A stretch of DNA of 64,000 nucleotides. Origin: Candidatus Bilamarchaeaceae archaeon. Its GTDB lineage: Archaea; Micrarchaeota; Micrarchaeia; Anstonellales; Bilamarchaeaceae. The stretch lies in NCBI GenBank assembly GCA_038870635.1, contig JAVZJR010000001.1, positions 90,133 through 154,132 on the forward strand, in the 5' to 3' direction. The translations under genes were made by a program, and so were the position numbers. The notes beneath the pieces were generated by a model. The model saw only the letters and a program-made list of their open reading frames with translations, searched no databases and was not told where the DNA came from. Positions 40,395 to 49,627 of the stretch are shown piece by piece. Position 1 is the first letter of the stretch. The number at the start of each line of letters is the position of its first letter.

Positions 40395-41491
40395 ACGGAA
40401 GAGTCATCAAAGACATAGTCAAATGAAGAAAGAGCAATTCTTCCGAATACTTCTTTAGTTATCAAAAGTATTTTTTCTTCTGCTTCCTTCGCAGCTTTTT
40501 TCTCCTTTTCAGTCGTAGGGAATGATTTTCCAGGAATAGCGCCTATAACAGCAGATATTAAACCTGTTTTTATGCTTATCCCTTCGAGAGTAAACTTTTT
40601 TGCTAAAAAGTCTATGACTAATTGTTCCATTTCGGTACTAATGACACCGTATTTCTTATTTAATTCAACGAATTCTTTCTCGCCCATTTCAGCATAGAGA
40701 GAGTCTTTTGTAAAATTAGGCCCAATAGCAAAAGAAATGTTGCGCAATTTTACAACTTTTTTAAACTCACCAACCAATTCGTCAGAACATTTTGTAATCA
40801 AGTATTTTTTATCTTTAGTTAAAATAATATCTGAACTTTCAAAGTCGCCAGAAAGATCTGCTGCTTTTAAAAGCTCTTTTTTTGCATTCACCGCGCTTCT
40901 CCCAACAAAGTCAAGTATCCCAAGATAAGATTGAATTATTGCGCCAACAGCGCCAATATTAAAGTTCGCTATTGCGACGTCACCTATACTAACAGAAGGT
41001 ATAAAAGGGTCATCACTATTTACTCCAGCACACGTTCCTGCACGTACAACATAGATGCTTTCTTTTCCATTTATAATTTTATTATTATAAGAGTACTGTC
41101 CTTGTCTTGTGAAATAAAGAAGCTCATGCATGTTTATTTGAGTGGCAGGACAGCCCATTTGTGTTTCCACTACAGAAATTGGAAAATCAATGCCCCCGGA
41201 TTCTGCAATTCCAACAAGTATGCTAACTCGTCCATAAGCAGAAGTGCCAAATTTCTTAAGCGCGTATTCATCTATAAAAACAGAATCGCGAAGTTTAAGT
41301 ATTTCTTTTGCTTTCATAACACGAACACGACTGCCAACGCAGATCATAAAAGGAGGGAGCATGCAGTGGTTTTCTCTTAGATAAGGTACATCTTTCCATT
41401 TTCCTAAATCGTAAAGATGACCGACTGCTGTATGCGTCCCTAGCGGTTTGAGTTTTTTCCTATCATAAAGAGTTTTTTTCTGCTTTAACAT
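40391..41491 (-). CDS. Divergent nucleoside phosphorylase (NP-I, uridine phosphorylase-like)
   Basis: VG...RV, QMGCPA, VRAGTCAG, STEME. Confidence 0.75.
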   Translation of the reverse strand: MLKQKKTLYDRKKLKPLGTHTAVGHLYDLGKWKDVPYLRENHCMLPPFMICVGSRVRVMKAKEILKLRDSVFIDEYALKKFGTSAYGRVSILVGIAESGGIDFPISVVETQMGCPATQINMHELLYFTRQGQYSYNNKIINGKESIYVVRAGTCAGVNSDDPFIPSVSIGDVAIANFNIGAVGAIIQSYLGILDFVGRSAVNAKKELLKAADLSGDFESSDIILTKDKKYLITKCSDELVGEFKKVVKLRNISFAIGPNFTKDSLYAEMGEKEFVELNKKYGVISTEMEQLVIDFLAKKFTLEGISIKTGLISAVIGAIPGKSFPTTEKEKKAAKEAEEKILLITKEVFGRIALSSFDYVFDDSSV

Positions 41492-41545
41492 AAAAAACCC
41501 CCTAATACAACGAAGATAATTATAATTACGAGTATTTAAAAACCA

Positions 41546-42316
41546 TTACATTTGGGATAAAACCTTTGGAAGTTGAAACACGGAATTTATAACAAAGTCT
41601 GCATTTGCTTTTTTTGCCTCGGCTTTTTTTACGAGACCGCTCAAAACAAGAGCACATTTTGTTCTGGCTTTTTTAGCAAGCGCAACGTCAGTAATTATAG
41701 AATCCCCAACTAGTAAAATATCATCTTTTCTCAATCCATTATCTTTAGTAAGCCAATCGAGCATAAGAGTAGATGGCTTACCTATAAGCAATGGTTTTTT
41801 ACCAGCAGCCGCCTCAACAGAAGCTACTATCGCACCGGCACCAGGCATTGTTCCGCTCTCGACAGGATATTCTGCATCTTTATTTGTTGCGATAAACGTC
41901 GCACCTTTTTTTATGAGATGATACGCTTTAGCGATTTTATCGTAAGAAACACTTCGGTCTAAACTTACTATTACTGCTTTTGCTCGCTCGCTGTCAAAAA
42001 TTAAGCCAAAAGATTCTATCTCCTCTATTGCGCTTTTTTCAGCAATAGCATAAAACCTTGTTCCTTTTCCGTAGTTCTCTAAAATATAACGCCCTGCGCC
42101 ATAACAGCTGCTGTATATTTCGTTTATATTTGCTCTTATACCAAAAGATTGCAATTTTTTTAAGATATCTTCTCTTTTGTTAGTACCAGAATTTGATAGG
42201 AAAAAGACAAGATAACCCATCTTTCTTATTTTTTCCACTGTCTCTTTAGCACCCTTAATTTCTCTTTCGCCTTTGTAGAGTGTGCCATCCAAGTCAAAAA
42301 CAACTGCACGCAACAT
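41546..42316 (-). CDS. HAD-IIA hydrolase (NagD-like)
   Basis: FDLDGTL, LSN, ATNKD, PGAG, GKP, VGDSIITDV. Confidence 0.92.
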   Translation of the reverse strand: MLRAVVFDLDGTLYKGEREIKGAKETVEKIRKMGYLVFFLSNSGTNKREDILKKLQSFGIRANINEIYSSCYGAGRYILENYGKGTRFYAIAEKSAIEEIESFGLIFDSERAKAVIVSLDRSVSYDKIAKAYHLIKKGATFIATNKDAEYPVESGTMPGAGAIVASVEAAAGKKPLLIGKPSTLMLDWLTKDNGLRKDDILLVGDSIITDVALAKKARTKCALVLSGLVKKAEAKKANADFVINSVFQLPKVLSQM

Positions 42317-42355
42317 ACTACTCCTTTTTAATATTTAGGAGGGAGAAATAAAAAC

Positions 42356-42991
42356 ATGCGTGTTGTGTGTTTATTTTCCGGTGGTAAAGATAGCACTTAT
42401 GCTGCGCAATGGGCAATGAAAAATGGTTATGAGGTTATTCTACTCAACGTCAGACCAGAGCCATATTCTATGATGTTTCATCATCAAAATGTCAAATGGA
42501 CAGAAATGCAAGCAGAAGCTTTAGGGTTATCATATTCTTTTATCGAGGTAGATGAAAATAATTGGGAAAGAAAAATAAAAGAAAAAATAGAAAAACTAAA
42601 AATTGATGGGATAGTTAGCGGCGCAGTTGCAAGCAATTACCAAAAAGATAGGATAGACAAAATTGCAGAAGAACTTTCTATAAAAAGTTATGCACCGCTT
42701 TGGCATGCTACCGCAGAAGTTTTTGAAGAAATGGTAAATACAATGGAAATATACATAACAGGAGTTGCCGCAGAAGGGATGGGAAAAGAACTTCTTGGAA
42801 AAAGATTAACAGGAGATTTCAAGCATCCAAAATACGTGCATACTTTTTTTGAGGGCGGAGAAGCGGAAACATTTGTTGCTAATGCGCCCCTATTCAAAAA
42901 AAGAATAGTCATAGATGAATGGGAAATTAAATGGGATGGTGTGAGAGGTTCGGCTGAAATAAAAAAAGCATATTTTGAAAATAAGCTTTAA
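42356..42991 (+). CDS. dph6: Diphthine--ammonia ligase
   Basis: PP-loop SGGKDS, SMMFH, GAVASNYQ, PLW, EGGEAET. Confidence 0.9.
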   Translation: MRVVCLFSGGKDSTYAAQWAMKNGYEVILLNVRPEPYSMMFHHQNVKWTEMQAEALGLSYSFIEVDENNWERKIKEKIEKLKIDGIVSGAVASNYQKDRIDKIAEELSIKSYAPLWHATAEVFEEMVNTMEIYITGVAAEGMGKELLGKRLTGDFKHPKYVHTFFEGGEAETFVANAPLFKKRIVIDEWEIKWDGVRGSAEIKKAYFENKL

Positions 42992-43965
42992 GCGATTTTA
43001 GCTCGCTTCTCACCACAAGAGACAAAAACTCCTTTTTCATCTCTTACTTTGCCGACAACGCTTGCGTTTATATCATATTTTTTGGCAATGTTTATCACCG
43101 TATCTGCTCTATCCTCCGGCAGAATAATGCACATGCCAATACCCATATTAAATGTTTTAACCATATTCTCAAATTCAACGCTTTTTGATAATTCTTTAAA
43201 TATACCTTCTGGCTTCGGCACTTCTATTTCATAACCAAACTCACTATTTAAGCGTGTTATCTTGGAGAACGCACCACCAGTTATGTGCGCTATTCCATGG
43301 ATATCACAGACATCTATCATCTCTAAAACAGCGTTAACGTATATTCTCGTGGGTTTAAGCATTTCCTCTAGCCATTCTTTACCTTTTAACAGCTTTCGCG
43401 CAAGGGTATAGCCATTACTGTGTAGACCACTACTCTCTAAACCAACAATCACGTCACCACTAGAAATATCATTTCCATAAATCTGTTTTTTTATTCTTCC
43501 AACAACTGTAAAAGCAAGATCAAAAGGCCGGCTGCCACCTTTTATCACGTCTGGCATTATAGCAGTTTCACCACCAACTATCGCGCAATTGCTCTCTTCT
43601 GCACCAGCCACAAGACCTTTTGTTATTTCTTCTACTAGTTGTTCATCTTCTTTTGCAAGCGCAAGATAATCAACACCGACAAGAGGTTCCCCTCCAACGC
43701 AAAGTATATCGTTAACAGACATAGCAACTGCATCTATTCCCACAGTATCGTATTTTTCAAGTTCTTGCGCCACGAGTACTTTTGTGCCTACTCCATCTGT
43801 ATGAATTACAAGTGTTTCTGATCCACACTTAAACAAACCGCCATAGTGACCAAAAAGTGGAAGAGGTTCGCCGAATCCCTTTCGGAATGGAAATGTTTTT
43901 TTTATACTCTCCCATATAGAACTCTGAATTTTCTTAACTTTTGGTATGTCGATTTGATATTCCAT
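42988..43965 (-). CDS. purM: Phosphoribosylformylglycinamidine cyclo-ligase (AIR synthetase)
   Basis: TDGVGTK, GID.VAM.VND, GGETA, SSGLHSNGY, AHITGG, TFNMGIG; start at ATG 43965 rather than 44397. Confidence 0.95.
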   Translation of the reverse strand: MEYQIDIPKVKKIQSSIWESIKKTFPFRKGFGEPLPLFGHYGGLFKCGSETLVIHTDGVGTKVLVAQELEKYDTVGIDAVAMSVNDILCVGGEPLVGVDYLALAKEDEQLVEEITKGLVAGAEESNCAIVGGETAIMPDVIKGGSRPFDLAFTVVGRIKKQIYGNDISSGDVIVGLESSGLHSNGYTLARKLLKGKEWLEEMLKPTRIYVNAVLEMIDVCDIHGIAHITGGAFSKITRLNSEFGYEIEVPKPEGIFKELSKSVEFENMVKTFNMGIGMCIILPEDRADTVINIAKKYDINASVVGKVRDEKGVFVSCGEKRAKIA

Positions 43966-44026
43966 GTCTTTTTTTGGAATACTAAAAATATTTAATAATG
44001 TTGTTTGTTTAATCATTTTGGTAATT

Positions 44027-44470
44027 ATGGTCTTTGGTTCGTTCGCAGAATTCGCAAAGAAAGTTATGGATGCTGCTAAAAAGGGCGGGCTGTCAGCAAG
44101 AGACTTAAAAAGATTGGAGAGACTTTTAGAAAAGGATGGAAAAAGAAATAAAATACTCGCAGCTGGACTAGTAGCCGCAATGAAAACGGGGGCTTCAGAA
44201 AAAGAGATAGAAAAACTTGGAAAACTTTTTGAAAAAGCAAGTGAGAGAATAGCGAATGGAAAAGCTCCATTTACAGATGCAGATGCACAAATACTCCGTT
44301 CAATGCTTGAAGGCGCGGGCATATCAAAAAAGACTAGTAAATGGGTATCAAAAAATATTGATGAGATGCTTGCTGCAGAAATAAAAGAGTTTATCACTGG
44401 AAAAAAAATAAGTAGAGTTGTTATACCAAAGAAAAGCGAAGAAGAAAAGAAAACGCTTGCAGTGAGGTGA
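44027..44470 (+). CDS. Hypothetical helical protein
   Basis: Likely ATG at 44027; composition typical of this genome; its stop contains the AGGTGA SD of the next gene. Confidence 0.65.
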   Translation: MVFGSFAEFAKKVMDAAKKGGLSARDLKRLERLLEKDGKRNKILAAGLVAAMKTGASEKEIEKLGKLFEKASERIANGKAPFTDADAQILRSMLEGAGISKKTSKWVSKNIDEMLAAEIKEFITGKKISRVVIPKKSEEEKKTLAVR

Positions 44471-44474
44471 AAGC

Positions 44475-44981
44475 TTGAAAATTAAGCTTACACCTGAACT
44501 TGCGTATCTCATAGGGCTTTGGAGAAAACGTCGTTCTTTTGAAGGGCTAGGAGTTCATGGTGATCAAAAAATTCTAGAAACGTTCTCGAAAGAAGCACTA
44601 GAACAAAAACTCACAACGCCAGATAAACTTCTCACAAATGGAAAAAAAGTTTATTTTTACCATACGGCGTATAAAAAATTTTTTAATCAAGTTGAAGAAG
44701 AACAACTCGAGAGGTTTAAATATCTAAATGAATACGCTGCCAATTATCTTGCTGGGCTTTTTGATGCAGTAGGAGAAATAGATGAAAATGGCGTTGTTTC
44801 TCTATCAAAGCTAACTAATGAAGATGAGTTAATGCTATTAAGGTTAGGATTTAAAACAAAGAGAAAAAAAGAGAAATGTATAATAGAGAAACCACTCGTC
44901 TTTCTCTCATTTATAAAAAACTATGTCAAGATATCAAAAGAGAACAAAATATTTGAAATCGTGGAAAAAATAAAAAAATAG
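44475..44981 (+). CDS. Stand-alone degenerate LAGLIDADG-fold protein
   Basis: LTPELAYLIGLW and YLAGLFDAVG.I helices, L.RLG; catalytic acidic positions substituted. Confidence 0.7.
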   Translation: MKIKLTPELAYLIGLWRKRRSFEGLGVHGDQKILETFSKEALEQKLTTPDKLLTNGKKVYFYHTAYKKFFNQVEEEQLERFKYLNEYAANYLAGLFDAVGEIDENGVVSLSKLTNEDELMLLRLGFKTKRKKEKCIIEKPLVFLSFIKNYVKISKENKIFEIVEKIKK

Positions 44982-44983
44982 CG

Positions 44984-45097
44984 CTAAAGCTCTCCTACTC
45001 TTCTTTTCATTTTTCTCTTGAGTCTCTTTCTCTTCTTCTTTACCCACTTCCAGCGCATTCTGTTTTTTTTCTTCCACTTTCTTGGCTTTGCACCCAT
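44984..45097 (-). CDS. rpl41e: Ribosomal protein eL41 (eS32), long form (not in ORF track)
   Basis: Manual translation MGAKPRKWKKKNRMRWKWVKKKRKRLKRKMKRRVGEL; GAGGGAT SD. Confidence 0.9.
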   Translation of the reverse strand: MGAKPRKWKKKNRMRWKWVKKKRKRLKRKMKRRVGEL

Positions 45098-45183
45098 CAC
45101 TATCCCTCAAAGTAAATAAACTAAAGAACAACTATGATTAGTTAAGTAAGATTTTAAAATGCATTGAAGGCAGGTAATAATTA

Positions 45184-45348
45184 CTAACAACCAACGAAGC
45201 CTTCCAGGTTATCTACCATTGGCTGTTTTTTTGCGATTTCGTTTTTTTTGCTCAGAGATTTGCTAATCTCTTCTAATCTGCCGTTTTCGCTGGAGCCAAG
45301 ACTCCTAGCTATCTCGTCTTTTTTTAAAATTTTTTTTAAATCAACCAA
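45184..45348 (-). CDS. Small hypothetical protein (54 aa)
   Basis: AAGGTGGT SD before TTG at 45348; TATA-like box upstream. Confidence 0.45.
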   Translation of the reverse strand: MVDLKKILKKDEIARSLGSSENGRLEEISKSLSKKNEIAKKQPMVDNLEGFVGC

Positions 45349-45451
45349 AAACACCACCTTAGTATTCTTCAATGTATATTTTTATACATTATTGATTTAT
45401 AATATACGTTATAGTAGAAATATTTAAAAAGCTTGTGGAAGAAGAAAAATC

Positions 45452-45955
45452 ATGTGGGAGAAGATTAGTAAAAAGTTTAGTGATTACCCGGCAAGAGAAG
45501 CAGTAGCCAAAAAGATGATAGAATATGGATTAAGAATTGGAAACAAGGGAAAAATATTTTGTGGTGATATCGAAATAAAAGATAGCGCCCTTGCGAAAAG
45601 TGTTGGAGTTGATAGAAGAGCAGTTCGAACAACTATAGATGCAATAAGAAAAGATGATGAGCTAAAAATATTATTTGCAAACATATTGCCTGCAGGTGCA
45701 TTGTTGAAAAATGTAGCAAAAGAATTAGGTTATGGTGCTGTTGAGATAGAAGCAGATGCTAAAAAACCTGGCATATTGGCGGCATGTGCAACTCTTTTAG
45801 CAAAAAGACAAATAAGTATAAAACAAGCACATGCTGATGACCCTGCACTTGTTGAAAAACCAAAATTAACTATAATAACAGAGAAAAAAATACCTGGTGA
45901 AATAATAAATGAATTTTTAAAAATAGATGGAGTGAAAAAAGTTTCAATAATTTAA
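45452..45955 (+). CDS. ACT-domain regulator (COG2150-like)
   Basis: MW..I...F..YP, LA...GVDRR.V, PGILA, ISI.Q ACT motif. Confidence 0.85.
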   Translation: MWEKISKKFSDYPAREAVAKKMIEYGLRIGNKGKIFCGDIEIKDSALAKSVGVDRRAVRTTIDAIRKDDELKILFANILPAGALLKNVAKELGYGAVEIEADAKKPGILAACATLLAKRQISIKQAHADDPALVEKPKLTIITEKKIPGEIINEFLKIDGVKKVSII

Positions 45956-46189
45956 TTACTTTTTTTTCTCCGTGATGAGGATTCCGTCTATTATGCCATA
46001 GGCGTAATTTGCCGCGCCAAAACTGCTAAAGTAATCCCCTTTTTGGTAAAAATGCATCGCATCGTGTAAATAATTTTTTGCCCAAGTGTAAGCATCAGCA
46101 TATTTTTTATTAAGACCTAAATTCTCAAAGAGCAAAAGAATCTCTTTTAACTTTTCAACATCTTTCAGTGCGCGTTCCTTAAAATCCAT
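45956..46189 (-). CDS. DUF357 family protein
   Basis: A.NYL.DA.HF..KGD...SFGA.NYAYG..D. Confidence 0.85.
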   Translation of the reverse strand: MDFKERALKDVEKLKEILLLFENLGLNKKYADAYTWAKNYLHDAMHFYQKGDYFSSFGAANYAYGIIDGILITEKKK

Positions 46190-46191
46190 AA

Positions 46192-48726
46192 TTACACCTT
46201 CCAATATTTCTTTGTTTTAACAAATGTCTTTTGTGCTTCTATAAGATCAAGATAAAAAGAATTTTCATCCTTGTGAAGCCTTGCAAGTATTCTCTCTGCT
46301 GTAACAGGCCCTATCCCATAAACAGAAAGAGCGATAAGTGCTTTTTTTCCGTAAGTTTGTATTAATGCTGCGCTCAATTCCATATCATCTGCCGAACGAC
46401 TCTTTAAAGCGAGGGCTTTTTTTCCGCATTTTGCGCATTTAAGTTCTTCTTCTGCACTTGCAAGATAAACAAAACGGGTTGCGCCACAGTTAAGACAAAC
46501 CAACTCTTTTGTATAAGAAAGAATTTTTTCTTTAAGCGCAGCGATTATCCTATCTTTTGGCTCAAAAATTCCAATAGCTTCTCTTGCTGAAACGCGATTT
46601 AATCCAATCTGCGCAAAAAAGCTCGGGGTTTTTCTCTCGTCGAGCACTACTTTTATTTTTCGTGATTTAATCCCTTTAAAAATCTCTTCTGCACCATCTA
46701 AATCAAAATAACGAAAAAATATTGAGCGTATTGTTTCTTCGTAAACTACGGAATAGCGAAGGGCATCTATAAATTTTTGTCCTACTGTTGCGTCCTCTTC
46801 TATTAAACCAAACATTCTCGCAACATGGCTAAATTTAAAACGAAGAAGGTTTGAATTTCTAAGACTTTCTTCTAATTTTTTTCTCGGGCTAATACCACAA
46901 GACATAAAAACATCATTTATTTTTTTTGGTTCGATAGGGTAAGGAAGTTTTATTATTATCCGATAAGCATCAGCAACTGCACGAACGCTTTCGCCGATAA
47001 TTTCAGAAATGAGATAAGCGAAAATTCTTCCTATGGTTTCATTTATCTTATTCCCAAAACAGGAATGGACTACTATAACATCGCTTATAACTTCTATTAC
47101 TATTGTTTTATCATCTGGTACAACTTGCTCCTTTATCTTTATTTTTCGCATCGCGCCAACCATCTCCGCGATTTCTTTTGCAACAGGAATATCTTCTCCA
47201 ATCCAAGATGGAATTGTGATTTCCGTGCTTGTGCCTGGTGAAACTACCACTGCATCTTCTGTTATGTCAAGTACTTCCCACACCTGTCCTTTTGAAAGAA
47301 AATTATCTCCAGTTGTGATATTACTAACAAACTCTTCATCCAAAGATGCTATCTGCCGATTAGATGAGGAATCAAAAAGAACAAATTTTTTTGTTTTAGG
47401 TATAGTACTTAGATAGGTGTAGTAATAGTCTCTTGCTCTGTTTCTAACCTTTATCGTCCCATCTTGATTAAAAAATACAAGAGATTCTGCATGCAACTGT
47501 AAGAGCAACGATTTAAGCTTATCTATTGTTATTCCATAAGCGCCAGACTCTTTGAATATTGAATGAATTTCATCAAAATGCATCTTATAGTTCTCAAGCA
47601 AAAGACCAATTATCTGATGAGCAATTACATCAAGCGCTCCTTTCTCGATTGTTTTTCTCTCCACCCAACCATTCTGGGCGAGAGAAACAATAGCCTCTGC
47701 TTCAAGAAAATCATCAAAATCAAGAGGGAATACTATACCTTTTGGTACCTTTCTTATGGAATGGCCAGAACGCCCAACTCTTTGAATTAGACGAAAAACT
47801 TGATGGGGGGAACCATACTGAACTATTAAATCAACATCGCCCACATCTATACCAAGCTCTAGAGAAGAAGTACAAACAAGTGATTTTATTTTGCCTGTCT
47901 TAAAATCATCTTCAGCGCTTACCCTAACTTCTTTTGAAAGCGAACCGTGATGGACTTCAATTGGTGCTTTTTTTTCTTTTAACCACCCGCCTATTTCTTC
48001 AGCCGTGCTTCGCGTATTAACAAAAAGAAGGGATCGTTCCTTTTCAACTATTGATTTTATTTTTTCTAATCTTTTTTCTCGCTCTTCCTCGTAAAAAACA
48101 GAAAAATCAAAAGTTCTTTTAGAGCCTGCTTCAATCACTTTATAATCTCGTTGTCCAAAAAGAAGAGCTGCAGCCTCAGTAGGATTCGGAAGTGTTGCAC
48201 TTATACCTATCCTACTAAAAGAAGCAATTCTTGCCAAACGCTCAAGAGAAAGTGAAAGTTGTGCTCCTCTTTTGTTATCTAAAACATCATGGATTTCATC
48301 GACTATTACATAACGGACGTTTTGCAGATGTTTACGCATTATAGGTGCAACTAAAAGTGCTTGAAGGGATTCAATAGTTGTTAATACGATTTGTGGCGGG
48401 TTTTTTCTTTGTTTTGCCCGCTCTGATATAGTCGTATCCCCATGTCGTATATCACTGGTTATGTTGTAAATAGTACACCATTCCTTAAACCTTCTCAAAA
48501 GATCACGGTTAAGACTTCTCAAAGGTGTTATGTAAAGCGCTGCTATACCTTGCTGGGATTTTATATTATCCAGGACAGGAAGTAGAGCTGCTTCTGTTTT
48601 ACCATAACCAGTGGGCGCGATTATTAGCACATTTGCTCCGCTCGCCACGACACTAATGGCTTTTTCTTGAATTTCAGTCAGCGAGCCGAAACGATTGCGG
48701 AGCAATTCCTCTGGACTTTTTTCCAT
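46192..48726 (-). CDS. lhr: Lhr-family SF2 helicase with C-terminal Zn finger
   Basis: APTGYGKT, RHGDT, DEIH, SAT, HHGSL, TSSLELGIDVG, QRVGRSGH, CLNC...CAKC, YGIGP. Confidence 0.93.
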   Translation of the reverse strand: MEKSPEELLRNRFGSLTEIQEKAISVVASGANVLIIAPTGYGKTEAALLPVLDNIKSQQGIAALYITPLRSLNRDLLRRFKEWCTIYNITSDIRHGDTTISERAKQRKNPPQIVLTTIESLQALLVAPIMRKHLQNVRYVIVDEIHDVLDNKRGAQLSLSLERLARIASFSRIGISATLPNPTEAAALLFGQRDYKVIEAGSKRTFDFSVFYEEEREKRLEKIKSIVEKERSLLFVNTRSTAEEIGGWLKEKKAPIEVHHGSLSKEVRVSAEDDFKTGKIKSLVCTSSLELGIDVGDVDLIVQYGSPHQVFRLIQRVGRSGHSIRKVPKGIVFPLDFDDFLEAEAIVSLAQNGWVERKTIEKGALDVIAHQIIGLLLENYKMHFDEIHSIFKESGAYGITIDKLKSLLLQLHAESLVFFNQDGTIKVRNRARDYYYTYLSTIPKTKKFVLFDSSSNRQIASLDEEFVSNITTGDNFLSKGQVWEVLDITEDAVVVSPGTSTEITIPSWIGEDIPVAKEIAEMVGAMRKIKIKEQVVPDDKTIVIEVISDVIVVHSCFGNKINETIGRIFAYLISEIIGESVRAVADAYRIIIKLPYPIEPKKINDVFMSCGISPRKKLEESLRNSNLLRFKFSHVARMFGLIEEDATVGQKFIDALRYSVVYEETIRSIFFRYFDLDGAEEIFKGIKSRKIKVVLDERKTPSFFAQIGLNRVSAREAIGIFEPKDRIIAALKEKILSYTKELVCLNCGATRFVYLASAEEELKCAKCGKKALALKSRSADDMELSAALIQTYGKKALIALSVYGIGPVTAERILARLHKDENSFYLDLIEAQKTFVKTKKYWKV

Positions 48727-48728
48727 GT

Positions 48729-48983
48729 TTATTTTTTGTTAAAACTGCTTAATATTTCTTCCCATTCGCTCTCAGATACATCAATAAATATCTTTTTGCG
48801 TCGTGATTTAGAACCAGAGATTATCTTTACCTCTTTTCCTGTTAAACTACGAAGTTCTTTTATAAGTTCTAGATTTGCCCGATTTCCTTCTGCTTTTTCG
48901 GTTAGATAAACCTTAATGATATTTTCCTTTTTTTGTATTAAAAAAGATGGGGAAGAAGGTATAACACTAATCTCTATCAGCAT
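48729..48983 (-). CDS. DUF167 (YggU-like) protein
   Basis: V.P.S, G.AN.ELI, I.SG.KSR.K. Confidence 0.85.
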   Translation of the reverse strand: MLIEISVIPSSPSFLIQKKENIIKVYLTEKAEGNRANLELIKELRSLTGKEVKIISGSKSRRKKIFIDVSESEWEEILSSFNKK

Positions 48984-49623
48984 CCTTCATCGCCTGTTTA
49001 AGTTCCTCTAAAGAAACAATACCTACATAAGAATAGTTGCCGATGATGGTCATAGGTATAGCGTTAACATTATACTCCTTCATTAAAGAGTGGACAACTG
49101 AGCTGTTTATACCTGTATCAAATGCGTATATTTTTATTTTATCTTTTGTAGAAAAGCTATCACGCGCTTTGAGAATAATTTCTCCTTGTCGTTTACAATC
49201 AGTGCAATTTACATTGTCGTAAAAGAAGAGAACAAAACGATAATCTTCTCCACATAATTTTTGTACTTTTTTAGAAAAAAGAAGAGACTGTATCTGTAAG
49301 ACCATATACTTTCTTTTAATTTCAGGAGAAGAATAACCTTTTTGGTCTTCCATTAACGATAACTCGTAACCAAGCTTTTCTCTTTCCCTATCAAAAGAGG
49401 TTAATTCTTCTTTATAAAATGAGCAAAAATTACTATTCTGATCCTCTAAAAAAAGTAGAACACCTATATTAGAAATCTTTGTATTTGCTTCCTCAATTTC
49501 ACTTGCAAGCGAACTCATCACATTTTGATTTATTAAAGTACCAACATAAACACCAACTGCAAACAAAATCGATGCAAAAATAAATGCAATCACATATAGA
49601 TATATTGAAATCTTTCTTTCCAT
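48967..49623 (-). CDS. Membrane-anchored thioredoxin-fold protein
   Basis: N-terminal TM, FFY...CTDC..QG, YNV..IP; GGTGAT-ttg-ATG at 49623. Confidence 0.7.
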   Translation of the reverse strand: MERKISIYLYVIAFIFASILFAVGVYVGTLINQNVMSSLASEIEEANTKISNIGVLLFLEDQNSNFCSFYKEELTSFDREREKLGYELSLMEDQKGYSSPEIKRKYMVLQIQSLLFSKKVQKLCGEDYRFVLFFYDNVNCTDCKRQGEIILKARDSFSTKDKIKIYAFDTGINSSVVHSLMKEYNVNAIPMTIIGNYSYVGIVSLEELKQAMKDADRD

Positions 49624-49627
49624 CAAA

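Noticed and set aside
43966..44397. 143-aa N-terminal extension of PurM in the ORF track
   Set aside because: It is the antisense shadow of the plus-strand gene at 44027-44470; PurM homology begins at MEYQID
44475..44981. Active homing endonuclease or mobile intron
   Set aside because: Catalytic acidic residues are missing and there is no interrupted host gene
44934..45131. 65-aa minus-strand ORF in the track
   Set aside because: Alternative frame of the real eL41 gene (44984-45097)
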